Part shown: positions 9,162 through 17,368 of the stretch, one piece after another
Position numbering within the stretch: the stretch's first letter is position 1
Layout of the letters: each line of letters starts with the position of its first letter
Virus record (IMG/VR): IMGVR_UViG_3300027752_001031
Length of the DNA stretch: 20,000 nt
Origin: an uncultured virus (IMG/VR IMGVR_UViG_3300027752_001031)
Lineage: Duplodnaviria > Heunggongvirae > Uroviricota > Caudoviricetes
Strand: one strand, 5' to 3'
Program-made: the position numbers and the translations under genes
Notes under the pieces: generated by a model
What the model saw: the letters and a program-made list of their open reading frames with translations, nothing else
What the model was told of the DNA's origin: nothing
Databases searched by the model: none

Positions 9162-9748
9162 GAAACAAAACTATAGCTAAACTTGGCGTGCCCATTTTAT
9201 TAGCAGCAGCTTTAGCCGAGGCTGGTGCAATGCCAAATCTGGCTGTTTTTGCAGATGAGCCTGTTACTACCCAGACACTGGAAATACCTACTAAGGCTAT
9301 GGGCATTCTAGATATAATGATTTTGAATAAAAGATTTAAAAGATCTACCCCTCAGATTGTAGAAGTAGCGCCATGGCTGAAGCCAGAAATGCAGTCTATA
9401 AAAATATCGGACGCTGAACTAGTTGAGGTACTTCGTAATGTTGGGTTCGAGGGGTATGGCTTGAAGATGGCATGGGCTATCGTACAACAAGAGTCAACAT
9501 CTAGAATTTATGCACACAATAGAAATAGGTCTACGGGTGATAACTCATATGGCCTGTTTCAAATTAACATGATTGATGGCCTTGGCCCTAAAAGACTTGA
9601 GAAGTATGGGCTAGAAAAGAATGAAGATCTTTTTACCCCACTAGTAAATGCCCAGGTTGCTTTCAAGATATCTGGTGGTGGAGCTAATTGGGGTGCGTGG
9701 ACAACTTACAAAAAAGCGCAGGAAAACATTAACCAGTTTCCTGGCTAA
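9158..9748 (+). CDS. Secreted lysozyme-like / lytic transglycosylase protein
   Basis: AWAIVQQES (catalytic Glu), DNSYGLFQIN, N...A..I..GG..WGAW motifs; N-terminal signal peptide; ATGA overlap with the NlpC/P60 gene. Confidence 0.85.
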   Translation: MRNKTIAKLGVPILLAAALAEAGAMPNLAVFADEPVTTQTLEIPTKAMGILDIMILNKRFKRSTPQIVEVAPWLKPEMQSIKISDAELVEVLRNVGFEGYGLKMAWAIVQQESTSRIYAHNRNRSTGDNSYGLFQINMIDGLGPKRLEKYGLEKNEDLFTPLVNAQVAFKISGGGANWGAWTTYKKAQENINQFPG

Positions 9749-10371
9749 GCCAAGTCTCCTATTAGCAACCAAGAGTCCGATGCAGTTTTTACAATGGTTG
9801 CACCCGAATACTGCTCCCTTAGAGTTACTAAAGATTCTGCGCTAGCAAGAATTACCCCAGTTGCTGGGGCGATGGTAACTGTACCTAGGCCATATCTAGC
9901 TATGTCAATTCTTTGTCCAATTGCAAATGGTACTGTAGCATTTGTCGGAATTGTAATTGTTCTATTTGATGCTGAATCCATTATGATAAATTGACCAGAG
10001 TCAGACGCCTGAACCGTGTAGTCTGCAATCTTTGTTAAAAGCTCGGAACCATCATTTACGTATCTCCAGGATCCATTGTAGTAATACTGTATCTGGTTTA
10101 TCTGAGCTCCAGCATCTGTCTGTCTAACAAAGCATACAAGACCATTGATAGGTGTTGGCAAAGCTGTGTCTCTTGCTGTAGCGTTTTGAAAATTATTAAT
10201 GCCAGCTTCTGAGCGAACCACGTCCTCGAAGATTACTGTGCTTGAAAAGGTGTTAGTGTTTAACCAGTTATAGGCGGCAGCTGTGTTTGTTGCACCACCG
10301 ACGGCATACCAAGTATCTGTATTTTCATCATACATGTACGCTAGTTTTCCGCTGGTACTTATAGTTGCCAT
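9745..10371 (-). CDS. Putative tail-associated protein
   Basis: 208 aa; TITIPTNATVPFAIGQRIDI...QYSGATIVKT..DSWLLIGDL fibre C-terminal domain; stop codon overlaps that of the convergent gene. Confidence 0.8.
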   Translation of the reverse strand: MATISTSGKLAYMYDENTDTWYAVGGATNTAAAYNWLNTNTFSSTVIFEDVVRSEAGINNFQNATARDTALPTPINGLVCFVRQTDAGAQINQIQYYYNGSWRYVNDGSELLTKIADYTVQASDSGQFIIMDSASNRTITIPTNATVPFAIGQRIDIARYGLGTVTIAPATGVILASAESLVTLREQYSGATIVKTASDSWLLIGDLA

Positions 10372-10673
10372 TAGGAGATCTCTACCCCACTAAAATGAAA
10401 ATTAACTGTTGTTGCAGATGCTGAAGCACTTATAATTTCTAACTCTCCCATTACCTGCTTAATGTCCCAGACTATAGAATCATTTGCCAAAATCTCTGCA
10501 GTTTCCAGTATCGAAACACCATTAAGATCTATAGATACTGTTGCCGAAGTTCCAGCGGTATTTGTTATTATAATATTAGTAACTACTGAAGTAGTTGATG
10601 CTGGGACTGAATAAAGAGTTGTCTCAGTTAGTGATGCTGCTCCACGAAAAAATTGCTTGCTTACTGTTGCCAT
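10371..10673 (-). CDS. Small virion structural protein
   Basis: 100 aa; TTLYSVPASTTSVVTNIIITN...FHFSGVEI; AAAGGAGG RBS. Confidence 0.8.
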   Translation of the reverse strand: MATVSKQFFRGAASLTETTLYSVPASTTSVVTNIIITNTAGTSATVSIDLNGVSILETAEILANDSIVWDIKQVMGELEIISASASATTVNFHFSGVEIS

Positions 10674-10687
10674 AGACTCCTCCTTTC

Positions 10688-11314
10688 TTAGTAAACGCCC
10701 ATAATTGATGATATCTCTAGTGACTGGATATCAATTTGTTCCCAGGATAGCCCTGATGCTTCTGATGATTTTGCTGTAAGTACGTACCCGTTTGTTCCTG
10801 CTGCTAGCCTATTTAAAGAAGATCCACCAATACCAACAAGTAGGTCTCCCTTTGTCTGGACAGCTGTTTCAAAATCGTTGACTCTAATCCAGCTATTTAC
10901 TGCAGCGTCCCAAACAAAAGTTTCTTTTAGTGGGGAGTCTTTATCTACCCAGATCATTCCATCGGCAAGGTTGGTTGTAGGCTGTGTGTCACTGTATAGT
11001 GCCGTAGAATAGACTACACCTTGGTCTGCGGATGATGCAGAGTCCATCCATATAAACCCGTCATCTGGCGACACAGGCTCTGTGACGACATAGTCTGAAC
11101 CAATACCAGATTGATTTATAAGGTCAATCTGTTCCTGAACTGCATTAAGGTGGTATGCAATAGATGGGTTTTGAAGTAGTGCGGTGTTTTCATTTGTAGG
11201 ATTATAAGTTAGAGATCCGTAGTGATATAGCTTTATTGCTTCCTGAATATCTGCGGAATCGGCCAACGAAGGAATCTTCGTATTATATATTGAGCCTATA
11301 TTTTCAGCAGCCAT
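10688..11314 (-). CDS. Putative tail-associated protein
   Basis: 208 aa; P....DG.IW.D motif twice and TKGDLLVG...RLAAGTNGYVLTA..S...GLSW motif. Confidence 0.8.
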   Translation of the reverse strand: MAAENIGSIYNTKIPSLADSADIQEAIKLYHYGSLTYNPTNENTALLQNPSIAYHLNAVQEQIDLINQSGIGSDYVVTEPVSPDDGFIWMDSASSADQGVVYSTALYSDTQPTTNLADGMIWVDKDSPLKETFVWDAAVNSWIRVNDFETAVQTKGDLLVGIGGSSLNRLAAGTNGYVLTAKSSEASGLSWEQIDIQSLEISSIMGVY

Positions 11315-11333
11315 ATTTTATCACCATTTTAAA

Positions 11334-11924
11334 TTATACCACAGTAATGATTAAATGAATAACCTTATTACCAGAGATGGCGGTCCATGTGTCAGAGATG
11401 AGTTCAACGCCAGAGAATGTCATGTTTATGGTAGCTATCCCGCTTGCTACCAGGATACTGTTTATTGTGTAAGCTGCGGAGACAGGGGGTTGAATCGTTA
11501 CCCCAGGAGCTATTGATATCTCATACTGAATGTCATAGTTTTCTGGTATTCCGCCAGTTCCTGAAGAATACCCTGTTGGCAGCTCTATCTCAAACTCTAT
11601 TGTAGATGAGCCTGCTGAGAAGGTTGCACTTTGATTTTTCGCTACTGTATTAGGTACAAGCTTAAATCCTGGAATCCATGCCAAGACCTGAGTCCCTGGA
11701 ATAAAGTTGTGCTGGTATAAGAAAAGATAATTTGCATCGGAGGCTGCGGTGTTTATGCATAGGTCATACCTAGCAATAGCTGGAGAACCTGCTATGTTTC
11801 CTGGTATGTTTGGGTCACCAGAGGATAGATAAAATTGTGAGCCTGGAATACCAAAGATTCCCTTATCTACATTTACTGTTACTGATGCTGGTCCATCTAG
11901 AATTGACAAACTGCTTACCACCAC
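11334..11924 (-). CDS. Virion-module hypothetical protein (paralog of 11931..12506)
   Basis: 196 aa, GTG start; shares GSQ, YL.LYQ, L.PNT and terminal ITVV with its neighbour. Confidence 0.75.
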   Translation of the reverse strand: MVVSSLSILDGPASVTVNVDKGIFGIPGSQFYLSSGDPNIPGNIAGSPAIARYDLCINTAASDANYLFLYQHNFIPGTQVLAWIPGFKLVPNTVAKNQSATFSAGSSTIEFEIELPTGYSSGTGGIPENYDIQYEISIAPGVTIQPPVSAAYTINSILVASGIATINMTFSGVELISDTWTAISGNKVIHLIITVV

Positions 11925-11930
11925 TACCCC

Positions 11931-12506
11931 CTAAACAACCGTAATCAGTAGCTGTACTACCTTTTCAGAGCTGAGCGAAGACCATGTAGATCCATCAAAC
12001 TCTGCTGCAGATATTGTAATTGGCAATACGATGATGCCGTCAAATGTTGACAGCTCTCCTACCGTAATTGATGATGCTACTGGCAAATTATTCACTACGG
12101 TATGCTGAACGTTAAAGTTAGCAGATGTTACGTTGCCTACTCCGCTTAATGGAACTATGTTAATCACTGGAATAAAAACCTGGTACTGTCCATTTACGAA
12201 GGCTCCAGTGACATTGGTTAGGTATGTGTTTGGTATCAGTCTAAGAAGTCTTAGCCAAGTGTTAGAGCCGTCTACGCTAACGTACTGGTAAAGATATAGA
12301 TACTCATCGTCGGATGACGATAGGTTTATGAACATGTCGAAGATCTGTGGGGTTTCTCCAAGAACACCTGGGACTGATGGCTTGCCGAGCCCTACAAATA
12401 TCTGGCTTCCCCTGTCGCCCTGTGGACCAAAGTTAACATTTACTTCTCTGGTTGTTGGGCCACCAAGTACTGTTATGTCATCTGTCGACAGTAGTACTTC
12501 AGCCAT
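11931..12506 (-). CDS. Virion-module hypothetical protein
   Basis: 191 aa; FGPQGDRGSQIFVG.G.P motif; TAATG coupling. Confidence 0.8.
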   Translation of the reverse strand: MAEVLLSTDDITVLGGPTTREVNVNFGPQGDRGSQIFVGLGKPSVPGVLGETPQIFDMFINLSSSDDEYLYLYQYVSVDGSNTWLRLLRLIPNTYLTNVTGAFVNGQYQVFIPVINIVPLSGVGNVTSANFNVQHTVVNNLPVASSITVGELSTFDGIIVLPITISAAEFDGSTWSSLSSEKVVQLLITVV

Positions 12507-12880
12507 TATGCTGCTCCTGTAACCTGATCGGTGACGGTGATGCTACCAGTTAAGAGGGTATAGACGAGATCGTAAGAGCCAACCTGTGTAGTCTTTATTT
12601 CAACATCATACACGTACTGAGTTCCAGCAGTAATTAGTGCTCCGTCTGTGGCCCTAATGGCACAAAGAATGTGGCTGCCGTCTGCAGACTTTTCAGAGAA
12701 TGCCTCTACCTGATTGGCAACACCCGAGGTTCCCCTCTTGTCTGACATTGTAAAAGAAATGTCTGCGTTTGCATAGTTCGTCAGGTCAAAGGCTGCGCCA
12801 GTGGAGTCTTTAGGGTATACCCGAAACTCATAGGTGTCGCCCTTATAATATGAAATATTGAAAGTACCTGGAAATGACAT
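12506..12880 (-). CDS. BppU-like domain protein
   Basis: 124 aa; YKGDTYEF...KD..G..FDLT and YVYDVEI...LL.G.ITV motifs; leaderless start. Confidence 0.75.
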   Translation of the reverse strand: MSFPGTFNISYYKGDTYEFRVYPKDSTGAAFDLTNYANADISFTMSDKRGTSGVANQVEAFSEKSADGSHILCAIRATDGALITAGTQYVYDVEIKTTQVGSYDLVYTLLTGSITVTDQVTGAA

Positions 12881-12897
12881 AAATATATTATAGCACG

Positions 12898-13617
12898 TTA
12901 GCTTACTGAAATGTGCAGTGATTGCATTCTGACCGCACAGTCCAGGTCTGACCTCATCTGTAACACAATGCCAGCAACCCTGTCTGCTTCTTTTTCAAGG
13001 TATACAGTCTGGTTAACCGTGAACTCGTAGTCGTATTGATACTTAAGATTTCCAATAAAGTTTGTAACAGCGCTCTGAGTTCCTGGCATAAGAGACCTAA
13101 GCCACAATTCAGTGTTGTTTCCAAATGTAGATACGTAGATCTTGTAGGATATGTCAATCTTAGAACCCATAGCTAGTGGCTTCATGTTTATTCTCTTGGC
13201 AACGTCGCTATAGAGACCAACACTATCTTTTGGCAAATATCTTTCATTTGTTTTCTTGCTTAGTTCACCAATGCTGACTGTAACCCAGCCATCATCGCCT
13301 CTGTCTGCACCGAGCCTAACAAGCTTATCTGATGAGTTTTCGTAATATCCCCATCCAGGATTTTGTCCAGAAACAGATTGGTAAGACTGTCCATCTTTTC
13401 CGTTTTTGCCAGCAGGTCCTGGTGCTCCCTTTGGTCCTGCTTTTCCATCTGGTCCAGCTTCGCCCTTTTCACCTTTAAGGCCTCGCTGTCCCTCTTGACC
13501 AGGTACTGGCATATAGACTAAGTTAGAAACGTCTGGAGTGGGTGGTTGCTGCTGCTTCATAGCAGATGCGTAGTCAACCTTTTTATTAGATGGAAAATCC
13601 ATATTCTTACCAGACAA
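12898..13617 (-). CDS. Collagen-like (Gly-X-Y) repeat protein
   Basis: GQEGQRGLKGEKGEAGPDGKAGPKGAPGPAGKNGKDGQ; TTG start with AGGAG RBS (an alternative ATG lies 5 codons in). Confidence 0.85.
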   Translation of the reverse strand: MSGKNMDFPSNKKVDYASAMKQQQPPTPDVSNLVYMPVPGQEGQRGLKGEKGEAGPDGKAGPKGAPGPAGKNGKDGQSYQSVSGQNPGWGYYENSSDKLVRLGADRGDDGWVTVSIGELSKKTNERYLPKDSVGLYSDVAKRINMKPLAMGSKIDISYKIYVSTFGNNTELWLRSLMPGTQSAVTNFIGNLKYQYDYEFTVNQTVYLEKEADRVAGIVLQMRSDLDCAVRMQSLHISVS

Positions 13618-13639
13618 AAATGTGCTCCTAATTATTTGT

Positions 13640-13726
13640 TTATTTTACTACAAAAACTTTATCTTTAATTCTAATTATTGCTGGTAAGTGCGTTGTTGGA
13701 GCTGATACTTTAACGACTACTGACAT
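13640..13726 (-). CDS. 28-aa microprotein MSVVVKVSAPTTHLPAIIRIKDKVFVVK
   Basis: Manual translation; GGAGG RBS, TAATG coupling to 13726..14109, fills the intergenic gap. Confidence 0.65.
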   Translation of the reverse strand: MSVVVKVSAPTTHLPAIIRIKDKVFVVK

Positions 13727-14109
13727 TACAGATTTCCTCCAGTTACATCTGAAAGAACTTTTATGGTTCCAAGAACTGGAGTCCAAATAGTGCTTACGTC
13801 TAGAGTTACCTGTAAGTCAAATGCAAGCTCTGCGGATAGTGACCTATAGCCAGTGCCCCAGTACTCTGTTATCTCGTAAGGTGCAGTTATGTCCACATAC
13901 CCAACGCCTGGAGTTACTGTTAGCTGATCCAGGATGTCTCCAGAAAAATCGTAGGTGGTTGCTAGGTACTCCCACGTTGATGTATCGTAATAAGTGGCCT
14001 CGTCGCTATCCAAGAACTCTACTCTAATTGTTGCGGTATCGCCACGTACGACCTGCCAGGTAATGTTGGCGGGGTCGGCACCGAAAACTTCTGGGGAACA
14101 TACAGTCAT
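13726..14109 (-). CDS. BppU-like domain protein
   Basis: 127 aa; WQVVRGDTATIRVEF and FDLQV...WTPV.G.I.V..DVT; paralog of 8024..8428. Confidence 0.75.
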   Translation of the reverse strand: MTVCSPEVFGADPANITWQVVRGDTATIRVEFLDSDEATYYDTSTWEYLATTYDFSGDILDQLTVTPGVGYVDITAPYEITEYWGTGYRSLSAELAFDLQVTLDVSTIWTPVLGTIKVLSDVTGGNL

Positions 14110-14134
14110 AGTAATTAATTATATCACTAAATAT

Positions 14135-14190
14135 TGAAAAGGACTAGCACCCAGAGCGGTGGGTATGAGAGACATTCTGGGTACTAGCCT
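14135..14190 (-). ncRNA. Candidate ~55-nt single-hairpin small RNA
   Basis: TGATATAAT (14197-14205) lies 6 nt before AGGCTAGTACCCAGA-20 nt loop-TCTGGGTGCTAGTCCTTTT; one G-U pair works only on the minus strand. Confidence 0.55.
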
Positions 14191-14350
14191 ATATAGATTA
14201 TATCATAAGGTAACAGAATGATAACGGTAAATGATTATCAATCAATGAAGATTATTCTAAAAAGTAATCAAGAAGTAGAAGATTCTTCGGTAAAGAGTAT
14301 TATATATACAATCGTTATAAACATGTTATAGAAGAAATCAAGAAAAAAGG

Positions 14351-14378
14351 TTGACAATCATCAGAGTTGTGGTATTGT
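14351..14378 (+). promoter_or_regulatory. Promoter-like TTGACA-16 bp-TATTGT with no downstream ORF
   Basis: Consensus -35 and TG-extended -10 pointing into an AT-rich tract. Confidence 0.45.
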
Positions 14379-14484
14379 AGATCTTGTTATATTTATTATA
14401 TATTAAAAACTATTTCTTAAATGACATATCTTCTATATACTATATATAGGTTTATATATAACTGTCATATAAAAAGCTATAATA

Positions 14485-14787
14485 CTACTTATCTTTATTA
14501 CTAGCAAGATAATCTATAAACTTATCATAAAGATCATCCAATTTACGATCGAGCTTTTCAACCTTTAAATAAGTTTCGTTGGAAACGCTATCCGACATAT
14601 TCTGTCGAGCTTCAAGTCTATTTACCTGGTCCTTCATCGAACCACCACCATTTGGCTTAAACTCTGCTCTTATTTCATTAAAGTAGTGTTTGACCAACCA
14701 CCGAACTCCAAGGGCAGTAAAAGATAGTATTGTGGAAACAGAGATTATGATTCCAAGTAGTATTGAGGTTGTCTGCAGCGGGGTCAT
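14485..14787 (-). CDS. Single-TM membrane protein with coiled coil (actinophage holin-like/DUF2746-like)
   Basis: N-terminal hydrophobic helix, then FKPNGGGSMKDQVNRLE, resembling the NGGSSxxD motif of actinophage membrane proteins; leaderless start. Confidence 0.7.
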   Translation of the reverse strand: MTPLQTTSILLGIIISVSTILSFTALGVRWLVKHYFNEIRAEFKPNGGGSMKDQVNRLEARQNMSDSVSNETYLKVEKLDRKLDDLYDKFIDYLASNKDK

Positions 14788-15014
14788 AGTTACTATTATA
14801 GTTTATTTATTTTAAAAACTACTACATGTTGTGTCCCCCAATCGTCTGATATCCAAGCATTTGAGTTCTTTCGATTTTTAAAGCGTAGCGTAAAGTTCGT
14901 CGGCGGAATAAGAGATCCCCAAACACAAAAAAACAGATAAATATGCAATACACTTGCAATTTTCTCTGATGTGTGTTAGTATTCACATATCCAATAGCAA
15001 CCATATATCCCTTT

Positions 15015-15086
15015 ATAACGAAATGATAACGATTATATAACTTTTATGTAACGGTATTATAACGAAAAGGTAACGAATAGATAACG
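15015..15086 (+). repeat. Seven-copy RTAAC array with exact 11-bp period
   Basis: TAAC at 15016, 15027, 15038, 15049, 15060, 15071 and 15082, with variable spacers. Confidence 0.9.
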
Positions 15087-15343
15087 TTTATATAAACTAA
15101 CATATATATCTATAAAAGTATGGTATATAACATAATGGACTATAACAGATAACATTCATATCGAGCTATATGACCTATATCAGCCTATGTCCAATAGCAG
15201 ACAAAGATGTCATCGCCTGGATATATGCAATTAATGCCCATTTCTTGATATCAGACTAGGGTTATGTCTTGTATTGAGGGCTTTTTTGCATCAGAGCAGA
15301 CGAGCTGCTTGTTATACCTTCGAATTTATGATAGACTATATAT

Positions 15344-16093
15344 ATGAGAGATAAAGACACTATAACTGTTTATTGGGCTCCAGCTTCTTTTACTTATGGA
15401 TTAGAGTCTTGGAGTATGTTATACCGTGAGCCAGATTTGCTATTTTCAGAAATATCTAGACCTGGAAGTCTAGGAGACATGAAAAGATGTCCAGCAGCCA
15501 AAGATTTTATGAAGAATACATTTGTCTTTAGGTCAAACATTGCAGATTCGTTTAAGCTACCACCTTCAGAATGGTTAGATGAAAATGCTTTTTTGAGAGA
15601 AGAGTCAGTCCCCCTACCAGTAGACTCAAAGATTTCTATTTTAAAAAGAAGAGCTTCTTCTATCCCTGGACATATTAATGTAGAGTACAACCTTAAATGG
15701 ATTATGTTTTCGGATGAGCCACTAGAAGCTAACTTTACACCTCCTTATTTTCCATCTGTATCCCCTGTAAAGGATTCCTACTTGGCTATTGGTGAATATG
15801 ACATAGGACAATGGTTTAGACCTATAAACTTAGATTATCACATACCTGTAACGGCTACCGACTTTTCTATAAAAGAAAACGATCCACTATTCTTTGTAAA
15901 ATTCAACACAACTAAAAAGATTGTGTTTAAACAATTTAAATACACTCAAGAGTTAAACGAAATGTCTAAAGAGTTTCAGTTCTCTCCATCAATGTACGGT
16001 CTTAATAAAACATTAAGGTCAAGATATCTTGTCGCTAAGAGATCAAAGATGCCTGAAATGGTGCTTGCGGAGATCAGGAAGAACTTGATTTAG
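15344..16093 (+). CDS. Hypothetical protein (CP..KD and YDIG.WFRP motifs; possibly dUTPase-like beta-clip fold)
   Basis: 249-aa ORF; TGATAGACT -10 lies 6 nt before ATG with no RBS. The fold guess is weak. Confidence 0.75.
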   Translation: MRDKDTITVYWAPASFTYGLESWSMLYREPDLLFSEISRPGSLGDMKRCPAAKDFMKNTFVFRSNIADSFKLPPSEWLDENAFLREESVPLPVDSKISILKRRASSIPGHINVEYNLKWIMFSDEPLEANFTPPYFPSVSPVKDSYLAIGEYDIGQWFRPINLDYHIPVTATDFSIKENDPLFFVKFNTTKKIVFKQFKYTQELNEMSKEFQFSPSMYGLNKTLRSRYLVAKRSKMPEMVLAEIRKNLI

Positions 16094-16279
16094 TAATACC
16101 CAAAATCTGAAAAAATCTATATTTGAGGAAATCTGAATATTTCATAACTGTGTACGATACACACACAGGCTAAGATAAAACAAAATACTAGTACGCACTC
16201 ACGCCACCCCTGCCACCCTTATGAGGAATACTAGTGCCTGGTCGTTACCAATTTGTGACAAAAAAACTTTTGCGTTTAT

Positions 16280-16328
16280 CGGCGTGTCGGCTTGACTTTT
16301 TGACATTCTTGGTATAGTCTAGTAGTAT
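16280..16328 (+). promoter_or_regulatory. Tandem early promoters preceded by CGGCGTGTCG
   Basis: TTGACT(16292)-17-TAGTCT(16315) and TTGACA(16300)-17-TAGTAT(16323). Confidence 0.75.
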
Positions 16329-16366
16329 AAATAAAGATAAAGAAATAAAAAGAAAGGAAGTTCAAA

Positions 16367-16513
16367 ATGACTTCAACAGTATCAATCATCAAAGGTGAAT
16401 TTGCTCTATGCGAGATTTGCTCCAACCACACTCCAAGAGTGTCCGTTGTAGAAAACGGCTACCAAGAAATTGGTTGCCAGTATTGCTTCGAAGCCTATGG
16501 TGAAATAAACTAA
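16367..16513 (+). CDS. 48-aa zinc-ribbon-like microprotein
   Basis: MTSTVSIIKGEFALCEICSNHTPRVSVVENGYQEIGCQYCFEAYGEIN; two CxxC; GAAAGGA RBS. Confidence 0.75.
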   Translation: MTSTVSIIKGEFALCEICSNHTPRVSVVENGYQEIGCQYCFEAYGEIN

Positions 16514-16519
16514 CCATAG

Positions 16520-16541
16520 TGTCTGCCCCTAGTAGTATAAT
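16520..16541 (+). promoter_or_regulatory. PafBC-type promoter TGTC-N12-TATAAT
   Basis: TGTCTGCCCCTAGTAGTATAAT. Confidence 0.7.
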
Positions 16542-16562
16542 AATCTTAGAAAGGATAATAAA

Positions 16563-16724
16563 ATGCGATTCAATAAAATAGATAACCTAAACCTCAAAGA
16601 GGTCGAGCAGGAACTAGATACCCTGATAGCTATCGCAGGTGATGAGCCTACACTAGAAACTATCGAAGAAGTATCTGCTCTAATCAAAGTAGCGAGAGCC
16701 TTAGGCTCAGATAGGAAATGGTAA
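16563..16724 (+). CDS. 53-aa hypothetical microprotein
   Basis: MRFNKIDNLNLKEVEQELD...GSDRKW; GAAAGGATAA RBS. Confidence 0.75.
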   Translation: MRFNKIDNLNLKEVEQELDTLIAIAGDEPTLETIEEVSALIKVARALGSDRKW

Positions 16725-16819
16725 TGATAGAATTGACTTTTGACACTTGGGAAGAATTTGATAGGGCTATTGGTTCAATAGTTACCCTTGAAACTGCTAT
16801 CGCTACCCCCAGCGAATAG
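16724..16819 (+). CDS. 31-aa hypothetical microprotein
   Basis: MIELTFDTWEEFDRAIGSIVTLETAIATPSE; TAATG coupling. Confidence 0.6.
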   Translation: MIELTFDTWEEFDRAIGSIVTLETAIATPSE

Positions 16820-16840
16820 CAGGAATTTTTTTCCATTCAT

Positions 16841-16994
16841 CGGCGTGTCGCCTTGACAATATGCAAAAAGGATGCGGGCCAGATCTAGTGGTTAGTAGCC
16901 CTTATGACCACTATATGTAGGCCTAGAAAAAATGTAACAGATTGATAACAATAGGCGTGTTGCACTTGACAAATAGGATAATCTAGTATAGAGT
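16841..16994 (+). promoter_or_regulatory. Regulatory cassette 1: GGCGTGTC motif, tandem NrdR-like boxes, RTAAC pair, promoter
   Basis: CGGCGTGTCGCCTTGACAAT at 16841; boxes at 16876 and 16908; GTAAC/ATAAC at 16934/16945; AGGCGTGTTG at 16953; TTGACA(16966)-17-TAGAGT(16989). Confidence 0.75.
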
Positions 16995-17028
16995 TATAGC
17001 ATAACAAGAAATAGAAAAGGATAAAGAA

Positions 17029-17169
17029 ATGTACAGAATCACAGTAGCAAAAGCAGGGGATCCATTCACTGGCGGACTATACGCCACTACCTCAGTAGAT
17101 AACGCATTGGCTTACTATGAGGCAAATGGTTACACAGTGATAATGATTGAATCAACATCAGTCATCTAA
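17029..17169 (+). CDS. 46-aa hypothetical microprotein
   Basis: MYRITVAKAGDPFTGGLYATTSVDNALAYYEANGYTVIMIESTSVI; AAAGGATAA RBS. Confidence 0.7.
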   Translation: MYRITVAKAGDPFTGGLYATTSVDNALAYYEANGYTVIMIESTSVI

Positions 17170-17173
17170 ACAC

Positions 17174-17202
17174 TTGACAATGTCACACCCACCCTATAGA
17201 CT
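17174..17202 (+). promoter_or_regulatory. Hybrid promoter: TTGACA-17-TAGACT plus TGTC-N12-TAGACT
   Basis: TTGACAATGTCACACCCACCCTATAGACT. Confidence 0.75.
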
Positions 17203-17230
17203 TATAGCATAAATAGAAAAGGATAAGCAA

Positions 17231-17368
17231 ATGAATACCAGGACAGTAATAGGTTCATCAGTAGCCCTAGCAGTAATCTACTTCAGCTACCTAGCAACTA
17301 GGTTGCTTCAGTTGGGCTATGAAATTAGAATCGTCACACCAACAGAGTTTTTCTTGGGTGGTTTCTAA
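17231..17368 (+). CDS. 45-aa membrane microprotein
   Basis: MNTRTVIGSSVALAVIYFSYLATRLLQLGY...; hydrophobic helix; AAAGGATAAG RBS. Confidence 0.7.
   Translation: MNTRTVIGSSVALAVIYFSYLATRLLQLGYEIRIVTPTEFFLGGF

Noticed and set aside
50..14027. Numerous plus-strand ORFs in the track (for example 50..232, 353..631, 932..1198, 6234..6527, 8106..8453, 9794..9994, 13821..14027)
   Set aside because: They are antisense shadows of longer minus-strand structural genes with recognisable motifs, and I saw no supporting RBS or promoter.
14822..15259. Minus ORF 14822..15004 and a 29-codon plus ORF 15170..15259
   Set aside because: No convincing RBS or promoter spacing and no protein-like motif; left uncalled.
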